A DNA stretch of 53,769 nt from contig JBEVDW010000087.1 of the NCBI GenBank assembly GCA_040513115.1, positions 1 through 53,769 on the forward strand. The letters run 5' to 3'. Each line of letters starts with the position of its first letter. Positions within the stretch are counted from its first letter, which is position 1. The stretch comes from Steroidobacteraceae bacterium (GTDB lineage: Bacteria > Pseudomonadota > Gammaproteobacteria > Steroidobacterales > Steroidobacteraceae). Shown piece after piece: positions 53,682 to 53,769 of this stretch. A program made the translations under genes and the position numbers. The notes under the pieces were generated by a model. It saw only the letters and a list, made by a program, of their open reading frames with translations, was not told the origin of the DNA and searched no databases.

Positions 53682-53769
53682 GGCGCTCGAGAGTTCTTCA
53701 ACTAGACACGAAAACGCCGTGCCAGATGTTCTCTGCGCACCCGCATCTGCGCGCGTCGTTGCTCCGTAT

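Noticed and set aside
1-53769. CRISPR arrays, tandem repeats, IS elements, integrases, tRNA or rRNA genes.
   Set aside because: No regularly spaced repeats, no transposase- or integrase-like translations in any frame of the ORF track, and no tRNA-like or rRNA-like stretches were seen in the intergenic regions.

Overview
High-GC, almost fully coding bacterial (proteobacterial-type) chromosomal segment. I recognised no rRNA, tRNA, CRISPR array, transposase or integrase. The taxon cannot be assigned without a database search.

Content, left to right:
- a 5'-partial HSDL2-like SDR
- a disrupted hypothetical gene and an acyl-CoA synthetase
- a YtrA/GntR-controlled HlyD-ABC-FtsX (MacAB-like) efflux operon that ends in an internally deleted permease copy
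- amidohydrolase, aldehyde dehydrogenase, and a FadR-like regulator coupled to a DUF2156 protein
- an Atu/Liu-type hydratase, carboxyltransferase, acyl-CoA dehydrogenase and biotin carboxylase operon
- two adjacent-gene acyl-CoA dehydrogenase pairs of the alpha/beta (ChsE-like) kind
- AtuA, MFS transporter, crotonase
- a CoA-transferase, half-size MetE-like and LLM oxidoreductase operon
- two TonB-dependent receptors
- a P450-ferredoxin operon
- an ALDH, GMC oxidoreductase, limonene-epoxide-hydrolase-family, SDR, SDR operon
- four FadR-type GntR paralogues and five further SDRs
- two sulfotransferase-family genes, one of them decayed

Overall this reads as a TonB-receptor-linked catabolic island for a hydrophobic terpenoid, steroid or branched-lipid substrate.

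Main second-look items:
- a palindromic operator sharing an identical 14-mer upstream of two operons, with a related site upstream of a third
- the alpha/beta ACAD pairs, one sandwiched between the two receptors
- a 175-aa MetE-like half protein with its own strong Shine-Dalgarno sequence
- a DUF2156 gene translationally coupled to a regulator
- a high density of decayed genes (frameshifts, two amber codons, truncations, an in-frame internal deletion) with no mobile element in sight

All functional calls rest on motif recognition by eye in the supplied translations. No searches were run.
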